From positions 160,001 to 224,000 of the forward strand of contig CAWHTE010000004.1 in assembly GCA_963832165.1 (NCBI GenBank): a DNA stretch of 64,000 nt, read 5' to 3'. The notes below the pieces were generated by a model that was given only the letters and a program-made list of their open reading frames with translations, was not told the DNA's origin and ran no database searches. The stretch comes from an uncultured delta proteobacterium. Its GTDB lineage: Bacteria > Myxococcota_A > UBA9160 > SMWR01. A program made the translations under genes and the position numbers. Below are positions 41,485 through 54,111 of this stretch, one piece after another; the stretch's first letter is position 1; the number at the start of each line of letters is the position of its first letter.

Positions 41485-42888
41485 ATGAGCGCGCACAGCC
41501 ACGACCACGACCACGCGCACGACCACGATCACGGCGCGCACGACCACGACCACGATCACGGCGCGCACGATCACCGCCACGACCACGACTCGTCCGATCT
41601 CGACGTGGTCGCGAGCGAGGAGGGCCCGAGCCGGCGACGGATCGAGGTCACCGTTCCGCGGGCGCGTGTGCAGCGCGCGTACGATCGCGCGTATCGCGAC
41701 ATCGCGAAGAACGCGCGCGTGAAGGGCTTCCGCCCGGGCAAGGTGCCGCGCGCCGTGCTCGAGCGCATGTTCGGTCCGTCGCTCGGCGAGGAGATCGAGC
41801 GCGCGCTCGTGAACGAGACGCTCGGCGCGGCGCTCGCGAAGGCGGGCGTCGAGCCCGTGGCAACGCCCGCGGTCGACGCGACGCCGCCGCAGGCGGATCG
41901 CGATTTCCAGTACAAGGCGCTCGTCGAAGTGCGTCCTCCCATCGAGCTGCCCGCGCTCGAGGGACTGCCGGGCCGCCGCCCGGTCGTGCTGGTCGGCGAC
42001 GACGAGATCGAGCGCGAGATCGAGGAGCTGCGGCGCCGGAACGCGCCGCTGATCGAGGAGTCCGCGGGCACCTCCGCCGCGAACGGCCACATCCTCACGG
42101 TCGATTTCGTGGGCCGCGTCGATGGCGTCGCATTCGAGGGCGGGAGCGGACGCGACGTCGAGATCGAGCTCGGCGCGGGCCGCTTCATCCCGGGCTTCGA
42201 AGAGCAGCTGGTCGGCGCGGCAGCGGGCGACGATCGCGTGGTGAACGTGACCTTCCCCGAGCAATACGGCAACGCCGAGCTCGCGGGCAAGGCGGCCGTC
42301 TTCCAGGTGCACGTGGCCGAGGTAAAGCGGCGCGAGCTGCCCGCGCTCGACGACGAGTTCGCGAAGGACGTCGGCGAGTTCGAGACGTTAGGCGCGCTGC
42401 GCGACCGGATCCACCAGGATCTGCGCGAGTCGCGGGATCAGACAGCGCTCGGTGCGCTGCGTCGTTCGGTGCTCGGCGCGCTCGTCGATCGCGTCGCGTT
42501 CGATGTTCCGCCCGGTGCGACCGACGGCCAGCTCGAGCGGCGCCTGCGGCTCGCCGTGCAACAGCTCCATCAGGGCGTTCCCCACGACCTCCTTCACGCG
42601 CAGGTCGAGCGCTGGCGCGAGGAATGGCGGCCCGCCGCGGAGCGCGAGGTGAAGGAGCGCTGGCTGCTCGATGCGATCGCCGAGGCGCGCCAGCTCGCGG
42701 TCGAGGACGCCGCCATCGCGGAGCAGGTCGAGCGCATGGCGACCTCCCAAGGCGTCACGCCTGCGCAGCTGCGCGACCAGGTGGGTGCGGAGCTGCTCGA
42801 CGCGTCGGTCCGAGAGGACCTGCGCCGCGAGCGCGCGCTTGATTTCCTGGTCTCTACGGCTAAAGTCGAAGAAGTCACGGATACTTAG
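41485..42888 (+). CDS. tig: Trigger factor with His/Asp-rich N-terminal extension
   Basis: GFRPGKVP, FEGG, FIPGFEEQLVG, FPEQY, LDDEFAK; followed by clpP-clpX-lon. Confidence 0.95.
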   Translation: MSAHSHDHDHAHDHDHGAHDHDHDHGAHDHRHDHDSSDLDVVASEEGPSRRRIEVTVPRARVQRAYDRAYRDIAKNARVKGFRPGKVPRAVLERMFGPSLGEEIERALVNETLGAALAKAGVEPVATPAVDATPPQADRDFQYKALVEVRPPIELPALEGLPGRRPVVLVGDDEIEREIEELRRRNAPLIEESAGTSAANGHILTVDFVGRVDGVAFEGGSGRDVEIELGAGRFIPGFEEQLVGAAAGDDRVVNVTFPEQYGNAELAGKAAVFQVHVAEVKRRELPALDDEFAKDVGEFETLGALRDRIHQDLRESRDQTALGALRRSVLGALVDRVAFDVPPGATDGQLERRLRLAVQQLHQGVPHDLLHAQVERWREEWRPAAEREVKERWLLDAIAEARQLAVEDAAIAEQVERMATSQGVTPAQLRDQVGAELLDASVREDLRRERALDFLVSTAKVEEVTDT

Positions 42889-43179
42889 AGCGACAGTTCA
42901 CGGCGGGTCCAGGATCGCTGCACCGGTTACCCCCTCCGGCCGGTGCCCTGGGCCTGGATCGGGTTTCAGGGTCCGAGAGGTCGCGCCCACCCCCTGGCGC
43001 GAACGGAGGCGATGCAGGGTGCCTGCGCGGCGCGGCCGCGCGCGGGTCCCGGGATCGGGATTGTGGAATTCACTGGAAACGCGGCGCCGCAGGGGTCCGG
43101 CCGGGGTACCTTCGAAGGCCGGAGTGCAACTCACCGATAAGCTAGACAGGGTCCTCGGGCGGCGAGACGGAGCATCCCA

Positions 43180-43818
43180 ATGTTGATTCCGATGGTGATC
43201 GAGCAGAGCTCCCGCGGTGAGCGCTCGTTCGACATCTATTCGCGCCTGCTGCGCGACCGGATCGTCTTCCTGGGCCAGGCGCATCGACGACGACGTCGCC
43301 AACCTCGTGATCGCCCAGCTGTTGTTTCTCGAGGCCGAAGATCCCGAGAAGGACATCTCGCTCTACATCAACTCGCCGGGCGGCTCGGTGACGTCCGGCC
43401 TCGCGATCTACGACACGATGCGTTACGTGCGGCCCGCGGTCGCCACGATCTGCCTGGGACAGGCGGCTTCGATGGCGGCCTGGCTGCTCGCTTCCGGCGC
43501 TAATGGGAAGCGTATGGCGCTGCCGAACTCGCGGATCATGATCCACCAGCCCATGGGGGGCGTGCAGGGACAGGCCTCCGACATCGAGATCCACGCGCGC
43601 GAGATCCTGAAGCTGCGCGAGCGCATGAACGAGATCCTGGCGGAGCACACCGGGAAGCCGCTCGCCCAAATCGCCGCGGACACCGAACGCGATTACCATA
43701 TGTCGGGAGAAGAGGCGCTGGCGTACGGGCTGGTCGACAAGGTCGTGCGCGAGCGGGAATCGGCGGGGCCGAATGGCCCGGCCGGCGCGAAGCACATCTC
43801 CGGGGGAGGCTCGAGGTC

Positions 43819-43822
<4 letters not shown>
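43180..43822 (+). CDS. clpP: ClpP protease subunit (frameshift ~43280)
   Basis: [11 protein letters not shown] | [27 protein letters not shown]. Confidence 0.95.
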
Positions 43823-45067
<1,245 letters not shown>

Positions 45068-45095
45068 CCCCGCTTCCACCGGCGAAGAGAGGACC

Positions 45096-47588
<2,493 letters not shown>

Positions 47589-47596
47589 CCGCCTCC

Positions 47597-47672
47597 GGGC
47601 GCGTAGCTCAGCTGGTAGAGCGCCTCGCTTACACCGAGGAAGTCGGCGGTTCGAGCCCGTCCGCGCCCACCA
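47597..47672 (+). tRNA. tRNA-Val(TAC)
   Basis: GGGCGCG/CGCGCCC, CCTCG-CTTACAC-CGAGG, encoded CCA. Confidence 0.95.
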
Positions 47673-48134
47673 TCAGTTCTCCGGGATGTCGCGGTCCAGC
47701 ACGGTGCGGCGGCCTTCGCGCTGGGCGCTGCGGATCGCCTGATCACAGACGCGGCGCACGATCTCGGAGAGCGGGCCGAGCACGCGGTCGGAGGTGTTGT
47801 AGCCGGACTTCGCGCGGATGTAGTCCTTGAGCCGGGTCGTGATGATCAGCACGTCGTCGGTCCCGGGCGCAGGCGCTGCGGGCGCGCTGCCGGACCGCAC
47901 GATTCTGCGCTGTCCGGTGCGCTCGGGGCCGGACTCCTCGCGAGCGGGCGCAACGCGCTCCTCGGCCCAGGCCTCGCGGTGACGCGCGACCGGCAGGTGC
48001 GCGTCCCAGCAGCTCACGGTGCAGAACGCGAGGCCCGTGCGCTTCTGGTTGCACGTGGACACGCTGCAGACCCAGTAGGTGGCCCCGAATCCGATCGGGT
48101 TCTTGCACGCGCTGCAGCGCCGCCAATCCGCCAT
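47673..48134 (-). CDS. Bacterial histone-fold protein with N-terminal ZZ-type zinc finger
   Basis: ATG 48134 after GGGAGGTG; C-x2-C-x12-C-x4-C-x9-C-x3-C-x3-H-x5-H, then [13 protein letters not shown]...NTS...LSEIVRRVC...[14 protein letters not shown]. Confidence 0.85.
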   Translation of the reverse strand: MADWRRCSACKNPIGFGATYWVCSVSTCNQKRTGLAFCTVSCWDAHLPVARHREAWAEERVAPAREESGPERTGQRRIVRSGSAPAAPAPGTDDVLIITTRLKDYIRAKSGYNTSDRVLGPLSEIVRRVCDQAIRSAQREGRRTVLDRDIPEN

Positions 48135-48227
48135 GTCACCTCCCTCGAAGCGCGAAAAACCTACCGCGCTTGAGGTCCGGCCGCGCCTCTGAGAAGATCG
48201 CGGCTGCGCCTGCGCCAGAGGGGCCCC

Positions 48228-49475
48228 ATGTCGGCAGACCTCGCCACACTCGACATCATCAGCAACGACACCTACGCGCAGAACGGATATCCGCACGACG
48301 CCTGGGCGCGCCTGCGCCGCGAGGATCCGATCCACTGGAACGACCGCAACATCATCAATCCGTTCTGGGCGGTCACGAAGCACGCGGACATCGTCTGGAT
48401 CTCGAAGCAGCCCGAGCGATTCCTGAACGGCCCGCGCCTCGCAGCGTTTCCCGAGTTCACGCCTCCCGAGGGCACTGGGCCCGTGGTGGTGCGCCACCTG
48501 CTCAACATGGATCCGCCCGACCACGCGCTGTTCCGCAAGCTCGCGAGCCACCGGTTCACGCCGCGCGGGCTCGAGCGGATGCGCCGTGACATCGATCAGA
48601 TCACTCGCGACCTGCTCGACGAGATGATGGGCGACGGCGGAGCCCAGCAGGGCGACTTCGTGGAGCGCCTTTCGGGCCCGCTGCCGCTCCAGGTGCTCGC
48701 AGAGCTCCTCGGCGTTCCGCGCGACATGTGGCCGACGATGTTCGACTGGACCAATCGTGTGATCGGCTCGGCAGACCCCGAGTACCAGCAAGCCGGCGAC
48801 GACGCATTCCGCACCGCGCAGAAGGCGCGGCTGTCGCTGTTCGGATACTTCGCCGAGATGGCGCGCGAGCGCCGAGCCAAGCCGACCGACGACATCGTGA
48901 GTCTGGTCGCCAACGCGCAGCTCGACGGCAATGCGCTGCCCGAGCGCGAGCTGCTCTCGTTCTATTTCCTGCTCGTCGTCGCGGGCAACGAGACCACGCG
49001 CAACGCGATGACGGGCGGCCTGCTCGCGTTCCTCGAGCATCCCGAGCAGTGGGATCGCCTGCGTCGCGAACCGGCGCGGTTGGACACGGCCGTCGAAGAG
49101 ATCGTGCGCTGGACGACGCCGGTGATCCAGTTCTGCCGCACCGCGACCGAGGACGTCGAGATCCGCGACAAGAAGATCCGCCGCGGCGAGAACCTGTGTC
49201 TGTTCTATCCCTCGGCGAACCGCGACGAGGAGGTGTTCGACGATCCGTTCTCGTTCCGGATCGACCGCAAGCCGAACCGCCACCTCGCGTTCGGGATCGG
49301 CGAGCACTTCTGCCTCGGCGCGAATCTCGCGCGGCTCGAGCTGCGTGTGGTGTTCCGCCATCTCGCCGCGCGACTCGCGGAATGCGAGCTCGCCGGGCCG
49401 ATCGAGCGGCTGCGCTCGAGCTTCGTGGGTGGGATCAAGCGCATGCCGATCCGGTATCGGCTCACAGGGGCCTAG
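48228..49475 (+). CDS. Cytochrome P450 (CYP125/142-like)
   Basis: MDPPDH, AGNETT, EEIVR, FGIGEHFCLG. Confidence 0.92.
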   Translation: MSADLATLDIISNDTYAQNGYPHDAWARLRREDPIHWNDRNIINPFWAVTKHADIVWISKQPERFLNGPRLAAFPEFTPPEGTGPVVVRHLLNMDPPDHALFRKLASHRFTPRGLERMRRDIDQITRDLLDEMMGDGGAQQGDFVERLSGPLPLQVLAELLGVPRDMWPTMFDWTNRVIGSADPEYQQAGDDAFRTAQKARLSLFGYFAEMARERRAKPTDDIVSLVANAQLDGNALPERELLSFYFLLVVAGNETTRNAMTGGLLAFLEHPEQWDRLRREPARLDTAVEEIVRWTTPVIQFCRTATEDVEIRDKKIRRGENLCLFYPSANRDEEVFDDPFSFRIDRKPNRHLAFGIGEHFCLGANLARLELRVVFRHLAARLAECELAGPIERLRSSFVGGIKRMPIRYRLTGA

Positions 49476-49490
49476 CGCGGCGCGTCCGTC

Positions 49491-49904
49491 CTACAGGAAA
49501 TCGAGCGAATCCTCGCTCACCACGCGCCGGTAGTAGCACGCGGGTCGCGCGCGGCCGTCCGGGCCGGTCGTGTGGCAGGCGCTGCCCGTGCGCGGGACCA
49601 CCCTGTAGAGCAGCGAGTTCTGCTCGCAGTTGACGCGCACTTCGACGATGTCGAGCACGTCGCCCGAGGTGGCGCCCTTGTGCCAGAGCTCGTCGCGCGA
49701 AGTCGACCAGAGCACCGCCTCGCGGCGCCGCAGCGTCTCGCGCAGCGCCTCGCGGTTGGCGTAGCCCACGAATAGCACCGCGCCGGTCTCGGCGTGTTGC
49801 AGCACCACCGGCACCACCTGTTGACCGCGCATCCCGATCCGGCCGAGCTTGTCGAACTCGAGCGTGAGGCGCGTTCCCTCTTCCAGCTCGCGGGCGTCGC
49901 CCAT
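49491..49904 (-). CDS. hisI: Phosphoribosyl-AMP cyclohydrolase
   Basis: WSTSRDELWHKGATSG, NCEQNSLL, ACHT, CYYR. Confidence 0.85.
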   Translation of the reverse strand: MGDARELEEGTRLTLEFDKLGRIGMRGQQVVPVVLQHAETGAVLFVGYANREALRETLRRREAVLWSTSRDELWHKGATSGDVLDIVEVRVNCEQNSLLYRVVPRTGSACHTTGPDGRARPACYYRRVVSEDSLDFL

Positions 49905-49987
49905 GGCCGCTCCTCGTGTGGCCGCCGAGGATAGGTCACGCTGGGGTAGACTCCGCGCTCGCTGCGTTCTCTTCGCATGGAGTGCTG

Positions 49988-50647
49988 ATGCCCGAGTTCC
50001 CGCGCGCGCCGGTGTCCCCGGCGGAGTTGATCGAGAAGTATCTGCCCGCGGCGTTTGCGGAGTCGAATCGGCCCGAGGCCGCGGCGAGCGTGGCCGTGGC
50101 GCTGGGCGTGCAGCTCGTCGGTGATGGCGGCGGCGAGTGGGTGTTCGAGCTCTCCGGAGGCGACGTGCGCGTGCGCGCGGGATCGCGCGCCGAGACCGCC
50201 TTCAGCTACGTACAGAGCGTCGACGATTGGCGCGGAGCGCTCTGGGAGGGCCGCGGTGGCGCGGTGGGCCGCGGCACCGCCGCGCTGTTCCACCCCGGTG
50301 CGCCCGAAGTCGAGGCCGCGGTCGGAATGGTCGGTGCGGGGATTCCGGCTGCGCTCCAGGCGCTCAGCCCGCTGCGCGGGCTGTTGCGTGTGGTCGTCAC
50401 CGATCCCACGGGCGACTGGCGCGTCGGCCTCCAGCTCGGACCCGGGGAGATCCCGAGCCAGCCCACCACCGAGGTGAGCGTGTCGGCCGCCGATGCGGAT
50501 CAGATGCTGTTGGGGAAGCTCCAGCCGATCGAGGCGTTCATGGCCGGTCGCATCCGCATCCTGGGCGACATGAGCCTCGTCCTCCAGATCCAGGCCGCGC
50601 AGATGCAGGCCGCGGGAGCGTTCGCACGCGGCGGCCGGAGCAGCTGA
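49988..50647 (+). CDS. SCP2 sterol/lipid-binding domain protein
   Basis: GDGGGEW and C-terminal LQPIEAFMAGRIRILGDM SCP2 signature. Confidence 0.75.
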   Translation: MPEFPRAPVSPAELIEKYLPAAFAESNRPEAAASVAVALGVQLVGDGGGEWVFELSGGDVRVRAGSRAETAFSYVQSVDDWRGALWEGRGGAVGRGTAALFHPGAPEVEAAVGMVGAGIPAALQALSPLRGLLRVVVTDPTGDWRVGLQLGPGEIPSQPTTEVSVSAADADQMLLGKLQPIEAFMAGRIRILGDMSLVLQIQAAQMQAAGAFARGGRSS

Positions 50648-50759
50648 GGCGGCTCCGCGCCCCTGTCTTCGCGGGCGCCATTTTGCTAATCGGACCCGCG
50701 TGTCGGAGAATCCCGGCGCTGCGCGCGGTGATCGTCACTGCGCGCACAACGAAGGAATT

Positions 50760-50836
50760 GGGGCGGTAGTTCAATCGGTTAGAGCACCGGCCTGTCACGC
50801 CGGAAGTTGCGGGTTCGAGTCCCGTCCGCCCCGCCA
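50760..50836 (+). tRNA. tRNA-Asp(GTC)
   Basis: GGGGCGG/CCGCCCC, CCGGC-CTGTCAC-GCCGG, encoded CCA. Confidence 0.95.
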
Positions 50837-50873
50837 TTCCCACTGGCTGCCACCCATCCAACAAAAGGAATCC

Positions 50874-52007
50874 ATGCGCAGAACAGCACTCGGAGTTTCG
50901 ATCGTTTCGTGTGTCTTCGCGCTTGCATGCGCGACCCCGGTCGTGAAACCCGTCGATGTCCAGCCGGTCACGCCTGGCCCCGGCGAGACCGTTGCGGTCG
51001 ACCAGTCGATCGTGATCGCCGACGTCTCGGGATCGATCGGTCGCAGGGACAATTTCCCGGGTGAGAAGGCGCTGGTCCAGTCGCTCGTGTCGTCGATGCC
51101 GGCGGGCAAGTACGAAGCGAGCGCGATCGCGTTCGGCGGCGTCAAGCGCGAGGTGCATCCGCTCGCGGCGTTCGATCGCGCGGGACTGGCCGATCACGCG
51201 GGCGACATCACCTACCTCAGCGAGGGCACGCCGCTCCATCAGGTGATTGCGGAGGCGGGCGCTTCGCTCAAGGGCAAGAGCGATCACGCCGCGATCACGG
51301 TGATCTCCGACGGCCATCCCACCGACGTCGTCGGCCGCCTGGTGGCGCAGGAGCTCACGCTCGATGCCGCGAAGGCGGTCGCGAAGGGCTATCAGGGGAA
51401 GGTCTGCTTCCACACGATCCAGGTCGGCTCCGATGGGGATGGCGCCGAGTTCCTGAAGAAGCTCTCGAACACGACCGACTGCGGGTCGCATCGCGCGGCG
51501 AGCTCGCTCCAGACCGCGGCGGCGATCCAGGGCTTCCAGCGCGACGTCTATTTCGCGAGCGCGCCCGTGGCGAGAGCTGCAGTGGACGGCGACGACGATG
51601 AAGACGGCGTGCTCAACAGCAAGGACCGGTGCCCGAACACTCCGAAGCTCGTGAGAGTGGATGACCGCGGGTGCTGGGCTTCGAGGGACGTGTACTTCGA
51701 GACGAACAGCGCCGAAATCGACGAAAACTCCAAGGAGCTGCTCCGGACGCTCGGCGTGGCGGTGCTCAAGGCGAACCCCGATCTGCGCGTTCGCGTCGAC
51801 GGGCATACCGACGCGCGCGGCAGCGACGCCTACAACCAGCAGCTCTCGGAGAAGCGCGCGGCGGCGGTGCGGAAGTTCTTCATCGACGAGGGGATCGACG
51901 GGGGTCGCCTCGAATCGCGCGGCTTCGGCGAGTCCTCGCCGGCCGCCCCGAACGACACCCCCGAGAACATGCGTCTGAATCGGCGCGTCGAGTTCACGCC
52001 GCTCTAG
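50874..52007 (+). CDS. Lipoprotein with VWA domain, TSP3-like repeat and OmpA C-terminal domain
   Basis: Lipobox ALAC; DVSGS MIDAS, ISDG; DGDDDEDGV..KDRCP; GHTD..GS..YN..LS..RA, NRRVE. Confidence 0.85.
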   Translation: MRRTALGVSIVSCVFALACATPVVKPVDVQPVTPGPGETVAVDQSIVIADVSGSIGRRDNFPGEKALVQSLVSSMPAGKYEASAIAFGGVKREVHPLAAFDRAGLADHAGDITYLSEGTPLHQVIAEAGASLKGKSDHAAITVISDGHPTDVVGRLVAQELTLDAAKAVAKGYQGKVCFHTIQVGSDGDGAEFLKKLSNTTDCGSHRAASSLQTAAAIQGFQRDVYFASAPVARAAVDGDDDEDGVLNSKDRCPNTPKLVRVDDRGCWASRDVYFETNSAEIDENSKELLRTLGVAVLKANPDLRVRVDGHTDARGSDAYNQQLSEKRAAAVRKFFIDEGIDGGRLESRGFGESSPAAPNDTPENMRLNRRVEFTPL

Positions 52008-52016
52008 GCGCGGGGA

Positions 52017-52748
52017 GTGCAGATCGCGCTGCGATCCCCGCTGCGAGCGTGGATCCTCGTGACCGCAGCCGGCGTCGGCTTTGCCGTCGCCGGCTGCGCT
52101 GCGCTCGGCCAGAGGCCTGCGTCCGGAGTGTTCGCGCCTGCGCCCAGCGAGGCCACTGCCTCGGCCGGTCTCCGGGAAGCGCTCCAGTTCAGCGCCGAGC
52201 GCGGCGTGTCGCGCGCGGCGCACGCGGGTTCATTCCTCGATGATCCGCGCGTGCGCATTCCGCTGCCCCCTGAGCTCGAGAAGCTGGGGCGCGGACTGCG
52301 CGAGATCGGCTTCCACAGCGCCGTGGACGATCTCGAGGTGGCGATGAATCGCGCCGCCGAACGCGCCGTGCGCGAGGCGCAGGAGCCGCTGGCCGCCGCG
52401 GTCGTCCGACTCCAGATCGCGGACGCGCGCGCGATCCTGTCCGGCCCCGGCGACGCGGGCACGCAGTTCCTGCGCCGCGAGAGCGAGCCCGCGCTGCGCA
52501 AGCGCTTCGAGCCCGTGATCGAAGCCGCCATGCGCAGTGCGGGCGTCCCCCAGGCCTACCAGCAGATCTTGTCGCGCAACCGCGCGCTCGTGCGGATGCG
52601 CCTGCCCACCGTCGACATGAACCGCTATGTCACGGCCGAGACGCTCGACGGGCTGTTCACGTTGATCGGTGACGAGGAGCGGCGCATCCGAAACGATCCC
52701 ACCGCACGCACCACCGATCTCCTGCGCGCCGTGTTTGGCGAGCCCTAA
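52017..52748 (+). CDS. DUF4197-family protein
   Basis: GLREAL, VRIPLP, MNRAAE, LDGLF..I..EE..IR.DP.AR.TDLL..VFG. Confidence 0.8.
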   Translation: MQIALRSPLRAWILVTAAGVGFAVAGCAALGQRPASGVFAPAPSEATASAGLREALQFSAERGVSRAAHAGSFLDDPRVRIPLPPELEKLGRGLREIGFHSAVDDLEVAMNRAAERAVREAQEPLAAAVVRLQIADARAILSGPGDAGTQFLRRESEPALRKRFEPVIEAAMRSAGVPQAYQQILSRNRALVRMRLPTVDMNRYVTAETLDGLFTLIGDEERRIRNDPTARTTDLLRAVFGEP

Positions 52749-52810
52749 CGATCGCACGGCGGCGCGAATTTGATACAGTGCGACTGCACTAACAAGTGGG
52801 AGGTCGCGCG

Positions 52811-53200
52811 ATGGGTATGCTTCAGGAGTTCAAGGAGTTCGCGCTTCGCGGGAACGTCGTCGACATGGCCGTGGGTGTGGTGATCGGCGGCGCGTTCGGA
52901 AAGATCGTCTCTTCGTTCACGAACGACCTGTTGATGCCCCCGCTCGGGATGCTCACGGGCGGGATGGATTTCTCGGAGCTGGCCTGGAAGCTCAACGAGC
53001 CGCTCGGAGACGTTCCCGCGGTGGCCGTGAAGTACGGCACGTTCGTCAACGTCGTGATCGACTTCGCGATCGTGGCGTTCGCGATCTTCCTGCTCGTGAA
53101 GGCGATGAACACGCTGATCAAGAAGGAGCCGCCGCCGGCTGCTGCGCCCTCACGCGAAGAGGTGCTGCTCACCGAGATTCGCGACGCACTGCGTCGTTGA
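52811..53200 (+). CDS. mscL: Large-conductance mechanosensitive channel
   Basis: [35 protein letters not shown]. Confidence 0.95.
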   Translation: MGMLQEFKEFALRGNVVDMAVGVVIGGAFGKIVSSFTNDLLMPPLGMLTGGMDFSELAWKLNEPLGDVPAVAVKYGTFVNVVIDFAIVAFAIFLLVKAMNTLIKKEPPPAAAPSREEVLLTEIRDALRR

Positions 53201-53209
53201 GGTGTTTCG

Positions 53210-54094
53210 ATGCGTTGGCAACGGCGCGGGCGCAGCGAGAACCTCGAAGACCGGCGCGGTGAAGGCCCCGACCTCGAACGCGCCCCGATGCGCTTCCCGC
53301 TGCCAGCGGGCCGTGGCGGCCGGATGGGGCTCGGGAGCGCGGTCGCACTGATCGCCGTGATGTGGTTGCTGGGCGTCGATCCGATCGAACTGCTCGGCGG
53401 TGCCGGCACGAGCCTGGGGGTCGATCCCGACCAGGCGTTCCCCGCGCCCGGCGCGGCGTCCGGCGAATTTCGCGCGAGCCCCGAGGAGGAGGATCTCGTC
53501 CAGTTCGTCTCGTTCGTGCTCGACGATCTGCAGAGCACGTGGAAGCAGCTGCTGCCCGGCTACCGCGATGCGCGTCTCGTGTTGTTCCGCGACGCAACGC
53601 ATTCCGCGTGCGGCACCGGTCAGAGCGAGATGGGGCCCTTCTACTGCCCGGGCGACCAGAAGGTGTACATCGATCTGTCGTTCTACGGCGAGCTGCGCCA
53701 GCGCTTCGGTGCGCCCGGCGACTTCGCGCAGGCTTATGTGCTCGCACACGAGGTTGGCCACCACATCCAGCGGCTCACGGGCGTCGAAGAGCGCGTGCGC
53801 AGCCAGCAGCGCGCCGATCGCGCGAGTGCAAACGATCTCTCGGTTCGGTTGGAGCTCCAGGCGGACTGCTTCGCAGGGGTCTGGGGCCATCACGCGGCGC
53901 TCCGCAACGTGCTGGAGCCCGGCGACGTCGAGGAAGGCCTACGCGCAGCGGGGGCGATCGGCGACGACCGGATCCAGGAGATGTCCGGTCGCGGCGTGCA
54001 TCCCGAGTCGTTCACGCACGGTTCCTCGGAGCAGCGCACGCAGTGGCTGCGCCGCGGACTCGAGAGCGGCAATCCGGAAGTCTGCGACACCTGA
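53210..54094 (+). CDS. Neutral zinc metallopeptidase (YpfJ-like)
   Basis: GPFYCPGD, AHEVGHH, ELQADCFAG, FTHGSSEQR. Confidence 0.9.
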   Translation: MRWQRRGRSENLEDRRGEGPDLERAPMRFPLPAGRGGRMGLGSAVALIAVMWLLGVDPIELLGGAGTSLGVDPDQAFPAPGAASGEFRASPEEEDLVQFVSFVLDDLQSTWKQLLPGYRDARLVLFRDATHSACGTGQSEMGPFYCPGDQKVYIDLSFYGELRQRFGAPGDFAQAYVLAHEVGHHIQRLTGVEERVRSQQRADRASANDLSVRLELQADCFAGVWGHHAALRNVLEPGDVEEGLRAAGAIGDDRIQEMSGRGVHPESFTHGSSEQRTQWLRRGLESGNPEVCDT

Positions 54095-54111
54095 CGAGCA
54101 GGGGAGCGCGC

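Noticed and set aside
41490..41590. Short tandem repeats as a possible CRISPR array
   Set aside because: No unique spacers and no cas genes; it is a His/Asp codon repeat.
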